Source of the DNA: Octopus bimaculoides
Taxonomy: Eukaryota
Reading direction: 5' to 3'
Length of the DNA: 64,000 nucleotides
Assembly: GCF_001194135.2 (NCBI RefSeq)
Contig: NC_068995.1
Coordinates: 1,738,674-1,802,673 of the forward strand
Each line of letters opens with the position of its first letter. Positions within the stretch are counted from its first letter, which is position 1. The position numbers and the translations under genes were made by a program. This document shows, in pieces, positions 1-11,064 of the stretch. The notes beneath the pieces were generated by a model that made no database searches, had not been told where the DNA came from, and worked only from the letters and a program-made list of their open reading frames with translations.

Positions 1-871
1 CTCGTCTTCCGGGAATATATTTTATGAATGCATTATCTAACCATGTCTTTACTTACGACAGGATATTCGTCGCTATTTTTTCTATATACAACTATCCTCG
101 TTTATCACGGGTGTTTGGATTAGAACAAAAAAAAAAAGACCTACCGTGTTAAGTGATTCACTGGTAAATAAATAGTAGAAAATATGGGGAGAATTTGATT
201 TCCTGAGCCTAGTGGGTGGTATGTGGTGGCTGGGGGTGCCCTTTTGTGGTCAAAGCAGAATATTTGATCAATTGCCGACCTGTGTTATCACAGATCAATC
301 CGTAATAAGCATAACATGGCTCACAATTGAACGAACCGTGCTATCTTGGTAAGTGAATCAGTGACAAACGTGCGTGGATGCATAAGTGTGTGGGAAGGTG
401 TGTTAAGACTTCAGTGTAAGTTAAAAGGACAGAACAATGCACGGTGTACGCTATTATACCGCATATCTATTACACGGGTTTGGCGATCAAGAAAGTAATT
501 TGCACGCCAAAGGCGTGTCGTTTGTTGAGAAAATATTCAGCTATAACAAGTGGCTTTGCCAAGAATGAGGACAAAAGCTATTATGAGGTCGATGACAATG
601 TGCGTGGGTTTGTAGTTTCTTTCTGTATTCATTTACGTAGAGTGTTCTTATAAAATGTGGGAGGAGAGTGGTTGGAACCGATGGTGTGAGTTGAGGCGAG
701 GATGGAATGGATGACGAGGGGGGTGAGAAAGGTTAGTTTTCTGAGGTGTGAGTGTTGCTTCGGTTAAATCTTTGTCCGTCATTTGAATAGTCATAACTTT
801 GTGAGCCGCCACCGAATAATTAGTAAATTTTAGATATTTAAAAGTAATAACCCTTTCTACTAAAAAGCACA

Positions 872-1068
872 AGACCTGAAATTTCGGGGAGAGGGTCAGT
901 CGATTATATCGACCTCAGTACGCAACTGGTACTTAATTTATCGACTCCGAAAGGATGAAAAGCAAAGTCGACCTCGTCGGAATTTGAACTCAGAACGTAG
1001 TGGTAGACGAAATACCGCAAAGCATTTCGCCCGGCCTGCTAACGATTCTGACAGCTGGCCGCCCTCCT
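872..1068 (-). mobile_element. tRNA-derived SINE, family A (Meta-domain-like), CpG-intact copy
   Basis: Reverse complement has a pol III-like head (GCAGAATCGTTAGC...GAGTTCAAATTCC) then GCTTTTCATCCTTTCGGAGTCGATAAATTAAGTACCAG. More than 10 related copies in the window. The central block resembles the MetaSINE/Sauria domain from memory. Confidence 0.8.
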
Positions 1069-1162
1069 CTTAGCAAAAATAATAATCCACGATTTACCAA
1101 TATTCGGAAAAGTATTGCATTTAAGTATACCTTTCTACCTCAATGTGGCTAAGTCGATAAGC

Positions 1163-1590
1163 GGCGGCGAGGAGCTGGCAGAAACATTAGCAGGCCGGGC
1201 GAAATGCTTAACGGTATTTCGTCTGTCTGTACGTTCTGAGTTCAAATTCCGCCGAGGTCGACTTTGCCTTTCAGCCTTTCGGGGTCGATAAATCAAGTAC
1301 CAGTTACGCACTTGGGGGTCTATGTAATCGACTTGATCTCTTTGTCTGTCCTTATTTGTCCCCTCCATGTTTAGCCCCTTGTGGGCAATAAAGAAATAAG
1401 AAACGTTAGCACGCCGGGCAAAATGCTTAGCGGTATTTCGTCTGTCTTTATGTTCTGAGCTCAAATTCCGCTGTGGTCGACTTTACCTTTCGGGGTTGAT
1501 AGATTAAGTACCAGCTACGTACTGGGTCGATCTAATCGACTGGCCCACTCCCCCCAAATTTCGGTCCTTGTGTCTAGAGTAAAAAAGAAT
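1163..1590 (+). mobile_element. Two tandem family A SINE copies (1163-1398 with variant tail; 1400-1590)
   Basis: Both contain CGTTCTGAG(T/C)TCAAATTCCGC..GGTCGACTTT.CCTTTC...GGGGT(C/T)GATA...AAGTACCAG; head motif GCAGAAAC(A/G)TTAGCA. Confidence 0.8.
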
Positions 1591-2069
1591 GTGGGTAAAT
1601 CGATAGCTCTGCCTTAATTTTTCTTTCTTTTCTTTTTTTCTCTCACGGTGGGTTTTTTGGGGTTTCGCGAGGATGTAGCAACGTGAGATATGTATGAATG
1701 TTAAGCTGCATATTATTCGGTTGCATCAAACCTGATAAATTTAGCAACACATGAAACTGAAGTATTTGTAAAAAGTTGCTTGATGAAAGACATTAATCTA
1801 GAATCCAGTTACTATCGATATCACAACGGCGAAAGATTGCGTTTAGACCTGTGATCTCATTAGAGTTATCAAAACCTCGTTGACAGGGAATTTTTGTAAG
1901 TGGAAAAACAAAGGATATGAGGTAATGTAAGCTTCATTGAGCTAATCAGCAATGTTGATTAACAATGTAAATAATTTTAGTTGGTGTGCTTAATTTTTTA
2001 TGTAAGTGGGTCTCGCTGGTATCATCAAATACTTCAGTCCCACCCATCCAAGAATAAAACGGATTCTAA

Positions 2070-2633
2070 GGAAATGAAGTCAACCGCACGTGATCAGAAG
2101 TATGCTAAAAATTATCTGAGGTATGGCTTCAATGACTTGAAACAAAGAAAGGTGTGCGCGCGCGCCAAAATGTGTGCGTTTCGTGTGGAAAACTCTTGTT
2201 TTATGATGATATGAAATCGAAAAGCCTTTTTGGTCACCTTTGTAAAGTTCACCGTGCTATTGCTGGTACAACTGTGAAGAAATTTCGAGAATTGAGACGT
2301 ACTCTCCAAGATCAACGGTTGGATTCTATACAACATTTCGTTTATTACGAAAGCCAATGCACTCTGCATTTTGCGTAGCAGAAAATGTGTCACGGTGCAG
2401 GAAAAGCAGCGACTATGTTCGGAGCTGAGATTCTTGCGAGAAATATACCAAAAGAGAAACAACGAAACTATCAAGAGTTTTCTGCCGCTGACAACACCAT
2501 TCCATATCAAGGAAATGAAATAGCGATGGCTGCTGAGTTGCATATTGTTGGTGAAATGAAAGATTTGATACAAAGTTCAGGCATTCAGCTCAAGGAAGCC
2601 ACTGATGTTTTTAACCGAATTCAACTGATTTGA
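2070..2633 (+). pseudogene. Decayed hAT transposase (Buster/Charlie/ZBED5-like) N-terminal half
   Basis: Frameshifted fragments QKYAKNYLRYGF / CVSCGKLLFYDDMKSKSLFGHLCKVH (BED-type C2H2) / SAADNTI...IQLKEATDVFNRIQLI match, in order, the Buster-family motifs RKY..NYL..GF, C..C..LSN..M.PSKL.RHL..KH and LS..T...LQLDE.TDV. Stops and frameshifts present. Confidence 0.75.
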
Positions 2634-3030
2634 TTTATCAACTGATTTAATCTATCACAATATCTTTCGAGAGATAAATATGTTGAAACGTTCTCTAATA
2701 GAAAAATAAAATATTCTAAGATCAACGATGTAGATAAGATGTTTCCTGACCCCCCCCCCCCGACAAGCCAATGGTTGTTATATTTATCAAATTTAATCAG
2801 TTTATTAAAAGTAGCGAAGTCCTCGGCAATCGAAATGGGAGGGGGGAGGGTATTGGTTCATATTTCAGTCGGAACTTCACATGGACAAAGTTACCATTGT
2901 CGCTGTCATTTTGGAGTACGGCTGTGCAAAAGACGAATTTCCAAAGTCGAGAAATGATTCTGTGAGCCGAAGCACATTTGATAATATCGATAGTATTTCC
3001 CTTTTTGTGTGTGGAGGAGCTGCTAATATA

Positions 3031-3181
3031 TTCTTTTCTACTCTAGGTACAAGGCCCGAAATTTTGGGGGAGGAGGCCAGTCGATTAGATCGACCCCAGT
3101 ACGCAACTGGTACTTAATTTATCGATCCCAAAAGGATGAAAGGCAAAGAAGACCTCGTCGGAATTTGTGCTCAGAACGTAG
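3031..3181 (-). mobile_element. Family A SINE, 5'-truncated
   Basis: CAGTACGCAACTGGTACTTAATTTATCGATCCCAAAAGGATGAAAGGCAAAG is nearly identical to the 872-1068 copy. Confidence 0.8.
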
Positions 3182-3251
3182 AGCTTCTAATATATTCGAA
3201 ATAATGTCCTCATCTTTGTTGTTACAACGTTTCTACCGTTGCATCCTTCCA

Positions 3252-3387
3252 GCCTGCGCCAGATGCCTGCGCCAGATGCCTGCGCCAGATGCCTGCGCCA
3301 GATGCCTGCGCCAGATGCCTGCGCCAGATGCCTGCGCCAGATGCCTGCGCCAGATGCCTGCGCCAGATGCCTGCGCCAGATGCCTGC
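3252..3387. repeat. Perfect GC-rich 13-bp minisatellite (GCCTGCGCCAGAT)x10
   Basis: Ten identical units 3252-3381 plus a partial GCCTGC. Confidence 0.97.
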
Positions 3388-3686
3388 CATATTCCGGAGC
3401 GTTCTCAAAATTTCTGAACTGAACACATTATCCTCATTTAGTGCTCATACTCTCCTATTTGTCCTGCCGCTGAGAATACATTGTTTTACTTCCCAGGGAT
3501 TGAACTTATCTCCACTAGCTAACTTACTACATTTAACCAACATTCATGTCCACTATTCCATGGTGTCTTAGGATCAGTGTGCAACAGAAAGTAGAAGCTT
3601 CAAACCAAACACATTCTCTTTACATTTCGCCGTCCTTTTAACGGTTTTCAGACTAAATTCATTAATACTAAATCTATAACAAGCAC

Positions 3687-3875
3687 TGAAGGGGTTCGGG
3701 TTAGTGGGTGGCGTTTGAAGGGGTCTAGTGAGTAGCGTGTTCGGTTGAAGGGGTCTAGTGGGTGGCGTGTTCGGCTCATGATCATAAACTCGTGGGTTCA
3801 ATTCCTGAACCGGGCGGCACGCTGCATCCTTGAGCAATTCATTTCCCGTTGCTTCAGTCTACACAGCTGAATAGT
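3687..3875 (+). mobile_element. CORE-like SINE family B with a triplicated ~30-bp head
   Basis: TGAAGGGGTCTAGTG(A/G)GT(A/G)GCGTGTTCGG three times (first copy degenerate), then GGTTCAATTCC (B box) and CCTTGAGCAA...TTGCTTCAGTCTACACAGCTG. Confidence 0.6.
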
Positions 3876-6250
3876 GAATGCCTGGCTTAGTGCTTGTGCA
3901 CTCGTCTCTCCCTCCAGTTGTCACATCTTCGGTGTTCCTCTGGGTCTAAGAGTGAAGACCACCGACAGCGTGTCGTCTATGCCTGCCCGTCATTACAATG
4001 AAGTATATAAAACTGTCATAGCTGTTACTAAGCAACATACCTCTCACCAAACCCCAATCTCCACCCCACCCCGCCAGTGACGGTTGGATGTTTTAACAAC
4101 AGCTCTGCAGTAAATGACAAATAAGTTCTCCATTTTGTGCACTTGTGCTTTGTATAACACACAATTTTGTGTTGGGATAATTTCAACCTGTCAGACTTTA
4201 AATAGGGATAAAATTTAGGGGGAAAAATTAGGGACCTCTAACATAGAGACTCCTTCTTCGTCACGTTATGTTTTACGTTTCTTTTTCTTCCATTTTCTTT
4301 TCTTTCCATTTTTGTCTTCTTTCCCTTATTCTTGTGATGGTGGTGGAGGTGATGGTGGTGGAGGTGATGGCGGTTTTGGGTGAATGATTTCATAAACGCA
4401 TTTAATAAGGGAGTCTTTAGCTTGGTGCTGGAATCTGGATAAGGTCTTACATCAAATGCTTCCCATGACACGTGATGTGGCGTCACCATTATTACGATCC
4501 TAAACGTTACTAATTATATCAAACGCAGTTTCATGGCTGGTTTTTTGTTTTGTTGTTTTTTTATTGTTTCTTTTTCTTTTTTATGCTGAATACAAATTAT
4601 TCGCTTGTTTTTCTTTGAGTGTTTTCTTTGTTTTTCATATTTAACCGAATTAATAGTTTGGGGTGGCGTTTTAGAGTGGATGACATTTTCTGATTTGTCA
4701 TTGTACCTGATGTTTGCAAGGTTCCTTATTTCTGTTTCAGCAATTAAGACATTATTTGGAGTTTGTAGTGATGGTGGTCATGTTGGTGTTGATGTGGTGG
4801 TGATGGTGGTGGGTGGTGTTCGTTATAATGGTGTTATTAGGGGCGGAGTCTTTGTGTTATTGGTATTGTGGTTAATGTTGCTTTTGCAATTTTCGTTTGT
4901 GGTGGTTGTAGGTGGGATTGATGTTGACAGTGGTGTTTACTAAGCGCGAAATGCTAATGATGGTGTTGGCGATGTTGGTGATGATGTTGTTAGGAACGGA
5001 TAGTTAGTGGTGGTGGTGGTGGTGGGTGGTGGTGATATTGTCTGGTGGTGTCTAACATCTTAGTTTAGTCGCGCCCTAGAATTATGAACGAATCTTCGAT
5101 CACTTTGTGGGAATAAATTTAAAAGAATAAATTTAAAAGAAAAGAGACAAAAAAGTTTACAAACAAAAGAAAGAAAGAAGGATAATATTTAACCAAGCAG
5201 ACTGACATTTACACAATATAGATAAAAACAGCAACAATGCAATCTGTAACTAACAGCTAATCTTTTGTTAACGTGGCCCGTAAAAGAAAAAGAAAAATAG
5301 AAATTTAGAATGTAGGTCAGTTCCCAAAGATAAGACGTGAGAAAGGTATGTCAAGAAGTGTACTGTCTCCTTGCCTGATAAGGAGATTCCGGAACTGTGG
5401 GCAGGTGTGGTTGTTGTTTTTGAGATGTGTTTTTTTTCTTGCAGCTCATCTCTTCAATGTTGCTAGAATCATGTGTGAAGCGAAGGACCGAGAGTGGATT
5501 GCATGCCTGGCGTCCGGATTTTTATGAGGCACTCACAGTTCTTCTGTCTGACAATGAGGTCGGAAATGGGTCAAGAATGGGGGCGGATGGTAGCAGGATT
5601 CGTGATGGGCAAAAGCGATCATGTTCTTGGGAGAACTCTCAACGTCGACAAACATCAATTAAACAATATGTATCGTGAATCACTTTCAGTTTCAAGTCTA
5701 TGAACTGCCTCCAGAGATTCATAGTCTGATGGCGGTCATCATTTCGACCCAGTCCGGCTGACGTCACTACCGTACCTGTCGAATTTAGTCCGGTAATGTC
5801 CCCTTGTAGCGCTTCCTGGTCAGGAATGTCTGAGAATTATCTATATTTTTCAGGCTGACAGTCCTCCAGAATAGGCTGCTTAATGAATCTTCGTGGAGAA
5901 TTGTGGGCGTCTGACAAAATTCCAGATGCCAGGAGCTCAGTTTTGGTTTTAGGTTGACATGAGACTACAGCTCCAACAAAAACATCGCTTTCAGGTAGAT
6001 CATTGTTTGCGAGGCAGACCTCACAAACAATGATCTACTTTCGTTCACTGTCCAGAAATCTCTGGGGATGCCACAAATTTAACGCACGTCTATTCATCAT
6101 CAGACACCTCAAACTGAATCTTCCGTCCTGAGAATGCTGGAAGGTGGTAGGCCTTTTTATCTGTAATATGCGGAAGAGTAGACTGTTTTTCAGAATCATA
6201 GAATTCTAATGAAGTAAATTATGAAAATGATTTAGAATTCATACATCTTC

Positions 6251-6853
6251 CTACAGACGAAAGAAAGACTTTATCACCACCACGATAAAATTTAACGGTA
6301 AAATACTAACAACAACTACAAGAAATATGAGCTTGGTCAACGCAGACTTAATGAAAACGGACACGTGTATCAATATCATCAGAATAAACCAAATAATTTG
6401 TCCATAAGCCACAGTAGTTGCAAAGGAGAGTGTGGAGTCGCTTAGATCCACTCATGTAAGAATACCAAAACAGAAGCAAACGATGTCGATAACTAACATA
6501 CGAAGAAAGATATCATACAAAAGAACATCGCTGTTCAACTTGAATGAGGAAGCGACATGAGTAAGAGAAACAATTGCTACAGAATTGGAAGTATTTAGAA
6601 TTAAAAACCACCTGAAACAGGAAATCCTTTTCAAATGGCTGTGAATCCATAGCGATACTTTTAACAACACAAACAATTCGAATTCAACCAAGATGTCGGT
6701 TAGAAAAAAAATAGAAATAAAATGTTGTGCCAGCTGGAAGAGGAACAGAGAAAACAAAATGTTAAAACAAATATGGATAACTAATGAATCGACAAAGAGG
6801 AAAGCGCTTAAAAATAAATATTGTCTCTGAATAATCAAGTGCCTCCGACTAGT
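6251..6853 (-). pseudogene. Interrupted hydrophobic reading frame, multi-pass membrane-protein-like (tentatively 6TM K+ channel-like)
   Basis: ORFs 6452-6838 and 6251-6451 share one frame and are separated only by a TGA, giving about 200 codons with one internal stop. The mirror + frame has about 14 stops. 34 of the last ~50 residues are F/L/I/M/V. TTVAYGQI at 6418-6395. No ATG. Family assignment is by eye only. Confidence 0.35.
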
Positions 6854-6940
6854 TTAGATTCTACGAAAAATGGTCACCACGAAGGCATCCTTTAGCTTCA
6901 GGAGGAGCAACGGCAATCCTTTAAAAAAATTTTTTTAATA

Positions 6941-6948
6941 AATAAATA

Positions 6949-7015
<67 letters not shown>
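6941..7015. repeat. (AAT)n microsatellite
   Basis: Direct reading. Confidence 0.97.
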
Positions 7016-7017
<2 letters not shown>

Positions 7018-8095
7018 CTAAGCAGTGTAAGCAGGTAAGGCTGAGGGAGAAACATCTAGGTTAGCATTAAACACACGTAATAAAAATCAGACAAGAGAAA
7101 TAACAACAATGCTGCTCTTTATTAAAGAAATATTCAGATTTGTGTTGTAAATATTTGGCACGCCCGGCCTGGTCGTCCACCGTCTTCTATTGGGGCTTAC
7201 GTGGGTGTCAGGTGCGTGTACATGTGTGTGTGCGTGCTAGGTTGCTTGTGAATACATGCATGTCAGTATGTGTACGTGTGTATGTGTGCGTGTGTGTTAA
7301 TGTGTTCAGCGGTTTATGTACTCACACACAGAGGCACACGCGCATATATGTCTGTATGTGTATGTGTTCGTGCGGGGTATGTGTGTGTGTATGTGAATGT
7401 GTGGTGTGTGTGTGTGTGTGCGTGTGTGTGTTTGTCCGTCCGCCCGTCCGTGTCCAGTGAAAAGTAACCGACCGATTACAGTCATACGAACAAACATTTT
7501 AAAATCTGTGAGAAGCCGAAGAGAGACAAATATTAAAATAGTTCCTTACTATACGACACACTAACTACCACCACCACCACTGCCGCCGCCACCACCACCA
7601 CCACCACACCCACCACCTTCACCTCCACCACCAACACTGCCACCACCACCACCACCGCCGTCTCCACCACGACGACGACCACCACCAGCAACAACAACAA
7701 CAACAACAACGGTTTGACAAACACAAAAGGTTATTCAGTGTCGTTAGTGAATTTGATCTCAATTCACTGTTTCTCTCTCCTCCTCTCCTTCTCCGCGCGC
7801 GCGTGCGCGTACGCGTGTGTTGATATATATGACGGGTATACATACATACATACATTTGTGTGTGTGTGTGTGTGCAATATACACATGCATACATATAAAT
7901 GACTTACATATGTGTATTTATATAGATGTGTGTATGTGTGTACATATATATATATCTACATATATATATTAGCGTTCTACCTCAGATTCGCGATTGGCCG
8001 TACGGCTTTTGAATGTTGTTTTCACTGTCCAATTTTTCCTGTCTTGGTTTGTGTTTGCCACCTTGGAATCCTCTGTGTAGTGGGTTGATCCACTA

Positions 8096-8175
8096 CTCAT
8101 GAAGAGACTATTCTAGAGTACGTTCTGTCTTATCTTCGAAACGTCAGGTTAGAATAGAGACAGCTGATGAAGGGA
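8096..8175 (+). ncRNA. Penelope-like terminal-repeat fragment with hammerhead-like motifs
   Basis: CTCATGAAGAGAC...GTCTTATCTTC-GAAA-C-GTC (8096-8145), then a second CTGATGA at 8164-8170. First core is mutated (G5>C). Confidence 0.4.
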
Positions 8176-8401
8176 TATTCCAAGTGGCTTTCCGTTTTCC
8201 TATGTGTTCGTTCCGTTGTCTGTAGTTCATTGTTCTAACGTCCTGTACCCTGATATGCATATATATACACATGTAGATGAAAGTATATACATATATGTGT
8301 GTATACATGTATATGTATTCTTTGTATTATATATATATATATATATATNNNNNNNNNNNNNNNNNACATACATATAGATAGGTAGGTAGGTAGGTAGATA
8401 A

Positions 8402-8468
<67 letters not shown>

Positions 8469-8974
8469 TACAGTGGCTGACTGGTCAGGTTGCCAGCTTG
8501 CCCGAGGGCAAGTGGGACCCTGCGCCATTAGAATCCATATATGGGGGCCCATGTTAATATCTAAGGGACCCATCTCCTCAAGTTTGAGAATTAATTAATT
8601 CTCTCCTGAAAGAAAACATTAATTATTTCAGCCTGGTTGTGTTTGTAGACAGTTGAAAAGAATACTTTTGACAAAAAAAAAAAAAATAAATAAATTAAAT
8701 GATAGCATTGTAGTTGCGGGTGGGACCCCTTAGTCTCCTGGCAACCAATATTTTTAGACTCAGTCTGTCACTACACGCACTCACACACTCACACATCCAC
8801 ACATACAAATTATTATTGATTGTATACATTAAGTGGTCGGTAGTGCTCAATGTATATGGTAGAGTTCGTTTTCTGACTGAGAATTGCACCAGTGATCACT
8901 CATGTGACACCTAATAGATAACAGAGAGTGAAACTAGTAATTTTCTGATCAATTAATATTTACCCTCTCCTTTC

Positions 8975-9122
8975 GTCTGTCTCTATGTTTTGAGTTCAAA
9001 TTCCGCCGAGGCCGACTTTGCCTTTCGAATAATTAAGTACCAGTTGCATACTGGGGATCAATCTAATCGACTCCCTTCTCCCCCCCAAATTTTGGGCCTT
9101 GTGCCTAGAGTAGAAAAGAATA
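8975..9122 (+). mobile_element. Family A SINE, CpG-intact
   Basis: GAGTTCAAATTCCGCCGAGGCCGACTTTGCCTTTCG...AATTAAGTACCAGTTGCATACTGGGG...GGGCCTTGTGCCTAGAGTAGAAAAGAAT. Confidence 0.8.
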
Positions 9123-10908
9123 TTCACTCACCTCGTCACTCTCAATTTCATTCCACAGTATATCTGAATAGCATAAATGTATTCATTTCGAGTTCAATTT
9201 ACGACCTTACAGCTTAATAGCAGGACCATGGCTCACTAAGCATTTCCTTACATTTAAAGACGGTCTGACCAAGAGGACAACACCGCAATTGTTAAACTCT
9301 TATCATTTGGGTTATCATATTTCTTGCTCTGCTTGAGTATGAGACGGTTTCTCTTAAACATTACAATCTATTGTTCTTTCAGTTCTTTCGGCGACTGACG
9401 TTTATTGCCTGACAAACTCTTTATTAGAATTAGAATCAGAATTAGAAACACCGATATGGCTAGAAAGAAGAGCTAAACTGCTGTAGTCAAAGTGCATAAT
9501 TGTATACACACATAGAGACAGGGACTATAGTCCATATATATGTATGTATGCATGTATGTATGTATGTATGTATGTATGTATGTATGTATGTATGTATGTA
9601 CAAACACACAGAGAAACACGATTTTGTGTTAGGTGATAAGTTTATTCATCTATGCCGGCTATAATTTTTTTTTATATCTACGTGCTGTATGTTGTTTCTG
9701 GTGTTTTCATTTCATCTGAGCCATCTTTGTACTTCAAGATATCATCCTAAACATGGATTTATTTTCATATTTGCAAATAATTTATTTATACTATCATTAT
9801 GATTATTATAATGTTTATTTATATTATTAATATAATATTATAATTATTTAACTGCACTATTAACATAATTGTCCATTTATACTATTAACATATAATATAT
9901 AATTGTGCAATTGACACCATTTGTGGTGTTAAAAAAAAACAGTCCATTTTAATTAGCTGATTTTAATTATTTTTCCTCTTACATTCCTGACATTCAAACA
10001 CATTTGTAAAATATTTTACGAACAGAAGAACCGTATAAAATCCATCGAAATCTTTTGGGTCACTTTGTACGTTTCCGGTTTCTCTATTGTCTTTCACTGA
10101 TCTGTTCATAATCGTCGCGTTGCTCTTACAATTTTGTCTTTCTTATCGTCTGCCATTGACAATATAACACAAAGTTTATACTTAAAAGTGGGACCGTGAG
10201 AAATATGAATTCGTGTCGTGTACTAATTCTAATATATTACGACAAGTATATATTTCAATGTGAAAGAGTGGTGCATATGTTGGAATACATACATACATAC
10301 ATACAAACGCACACACATATATATGCATATTTATATATATATAACATATATACATACATACAAGTCCTAGGCGTGGCGCATGAAAAAAAAAGAATATATA
10401 TATATTCATATTTCACTTAGTCATAGCGAGACTAATAACCTGGTACAGAACGCAATGATGGATGAGTAAAGAGTAAAGAGTGGTAATAGGAACAAAGAGA
10501 TTATACTGGAAAAAGCAAATGTTATGTGTAATGCGCGCCATTAGCTTACAGTTGTTTCTGCTGTAAGAAGTGGTGGATATTCAGTTGAGTACCTAGATAA
10601 CATCCTATAGCTTCATCAGAGCCTTGAATATGAAGTACAGTTTATTTGGGAGAGTTACATTTTCAGAACATAGAGGCGTTACAAGTAAGAAAGTTGATGT
10701 TAATGCCTATGGAAAGACCTGTCCAAGAGTAAAAAGAGGTGTGCAAATATACGCGCTTACAGCAGAATACATTTTTTGTATGTATACATGTGTAGTGTAT
10801 ACAGTGTGACAGTGAGACAGAGAGGCACAGGTGTCTTGCTGTAGAGGAGGTACACGGTTACCCGGGCAGATACATATATATTCTCTCTCCTTTTTTTTCT
10901 TCTTAATC

Positions 10909-10944
10909 CTTTCTGTCGAAGAGCGTAGGCACGAAACGTAAAAG
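10909..10944 (+). ncRNA. Minimal type I hammerhead ribozyme-like motif inside a short (TA)n-tailed repeat (family J, about 10890-11035)
   Basis: Stem I CTTT/AAAG, core CTGTCGA (A6>U variant), stem II GAGC-GTAG-GCAC, GAAA, palindromic ACGT stem III, GUA cleavage triplet. The 3' part of this repeat recurs at about 40500-40600 on the minus strand. Confidence 0.5.
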
Positions 10945-11032
10945 ACTTTTCCATTCTTCCCGAGCATTAAACTAATGCACCTGCTTGTTGTTCCTACGTC
11001 TGTCTTCGTCTGTTGGTTTCTGTAAATTTGAA

Positions 11033-11064
<32 letters not shown>

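Noticed and set aside
294-348. Possible 55-nt exon (CAG|...TTG|GTAAGT) encoding QSVISITWLTIERTVLS, reminiscent of GPCR TM3
   Set aside because: Weak polypyrimidine tract, no Tyr in the E/DRY motif, and no partner exons found.
3165-3571. Overlapping ORFs with a 13-aa repeat, and the idea of a CRISPR-like array
   Set aside because: They arise from the stop-free 13-bp minisatellite. There are no unique spacers, so it is not CRISPR.
5444-5760. Death-domain-like + strand peptides (LGRTLNVDKHQLNNMYRES / QVYEL) after a TTTTTTTTCTTGCAG acceptor
   Set aside because: Needs several frameshifts, and the similarity is too weak to call by eye.
6251-6853. NUMT (reading TGA as Trp)
   Set aside because: No motif of ND1-6, COX, CYTB or ATP6 is recognisable in the translation.
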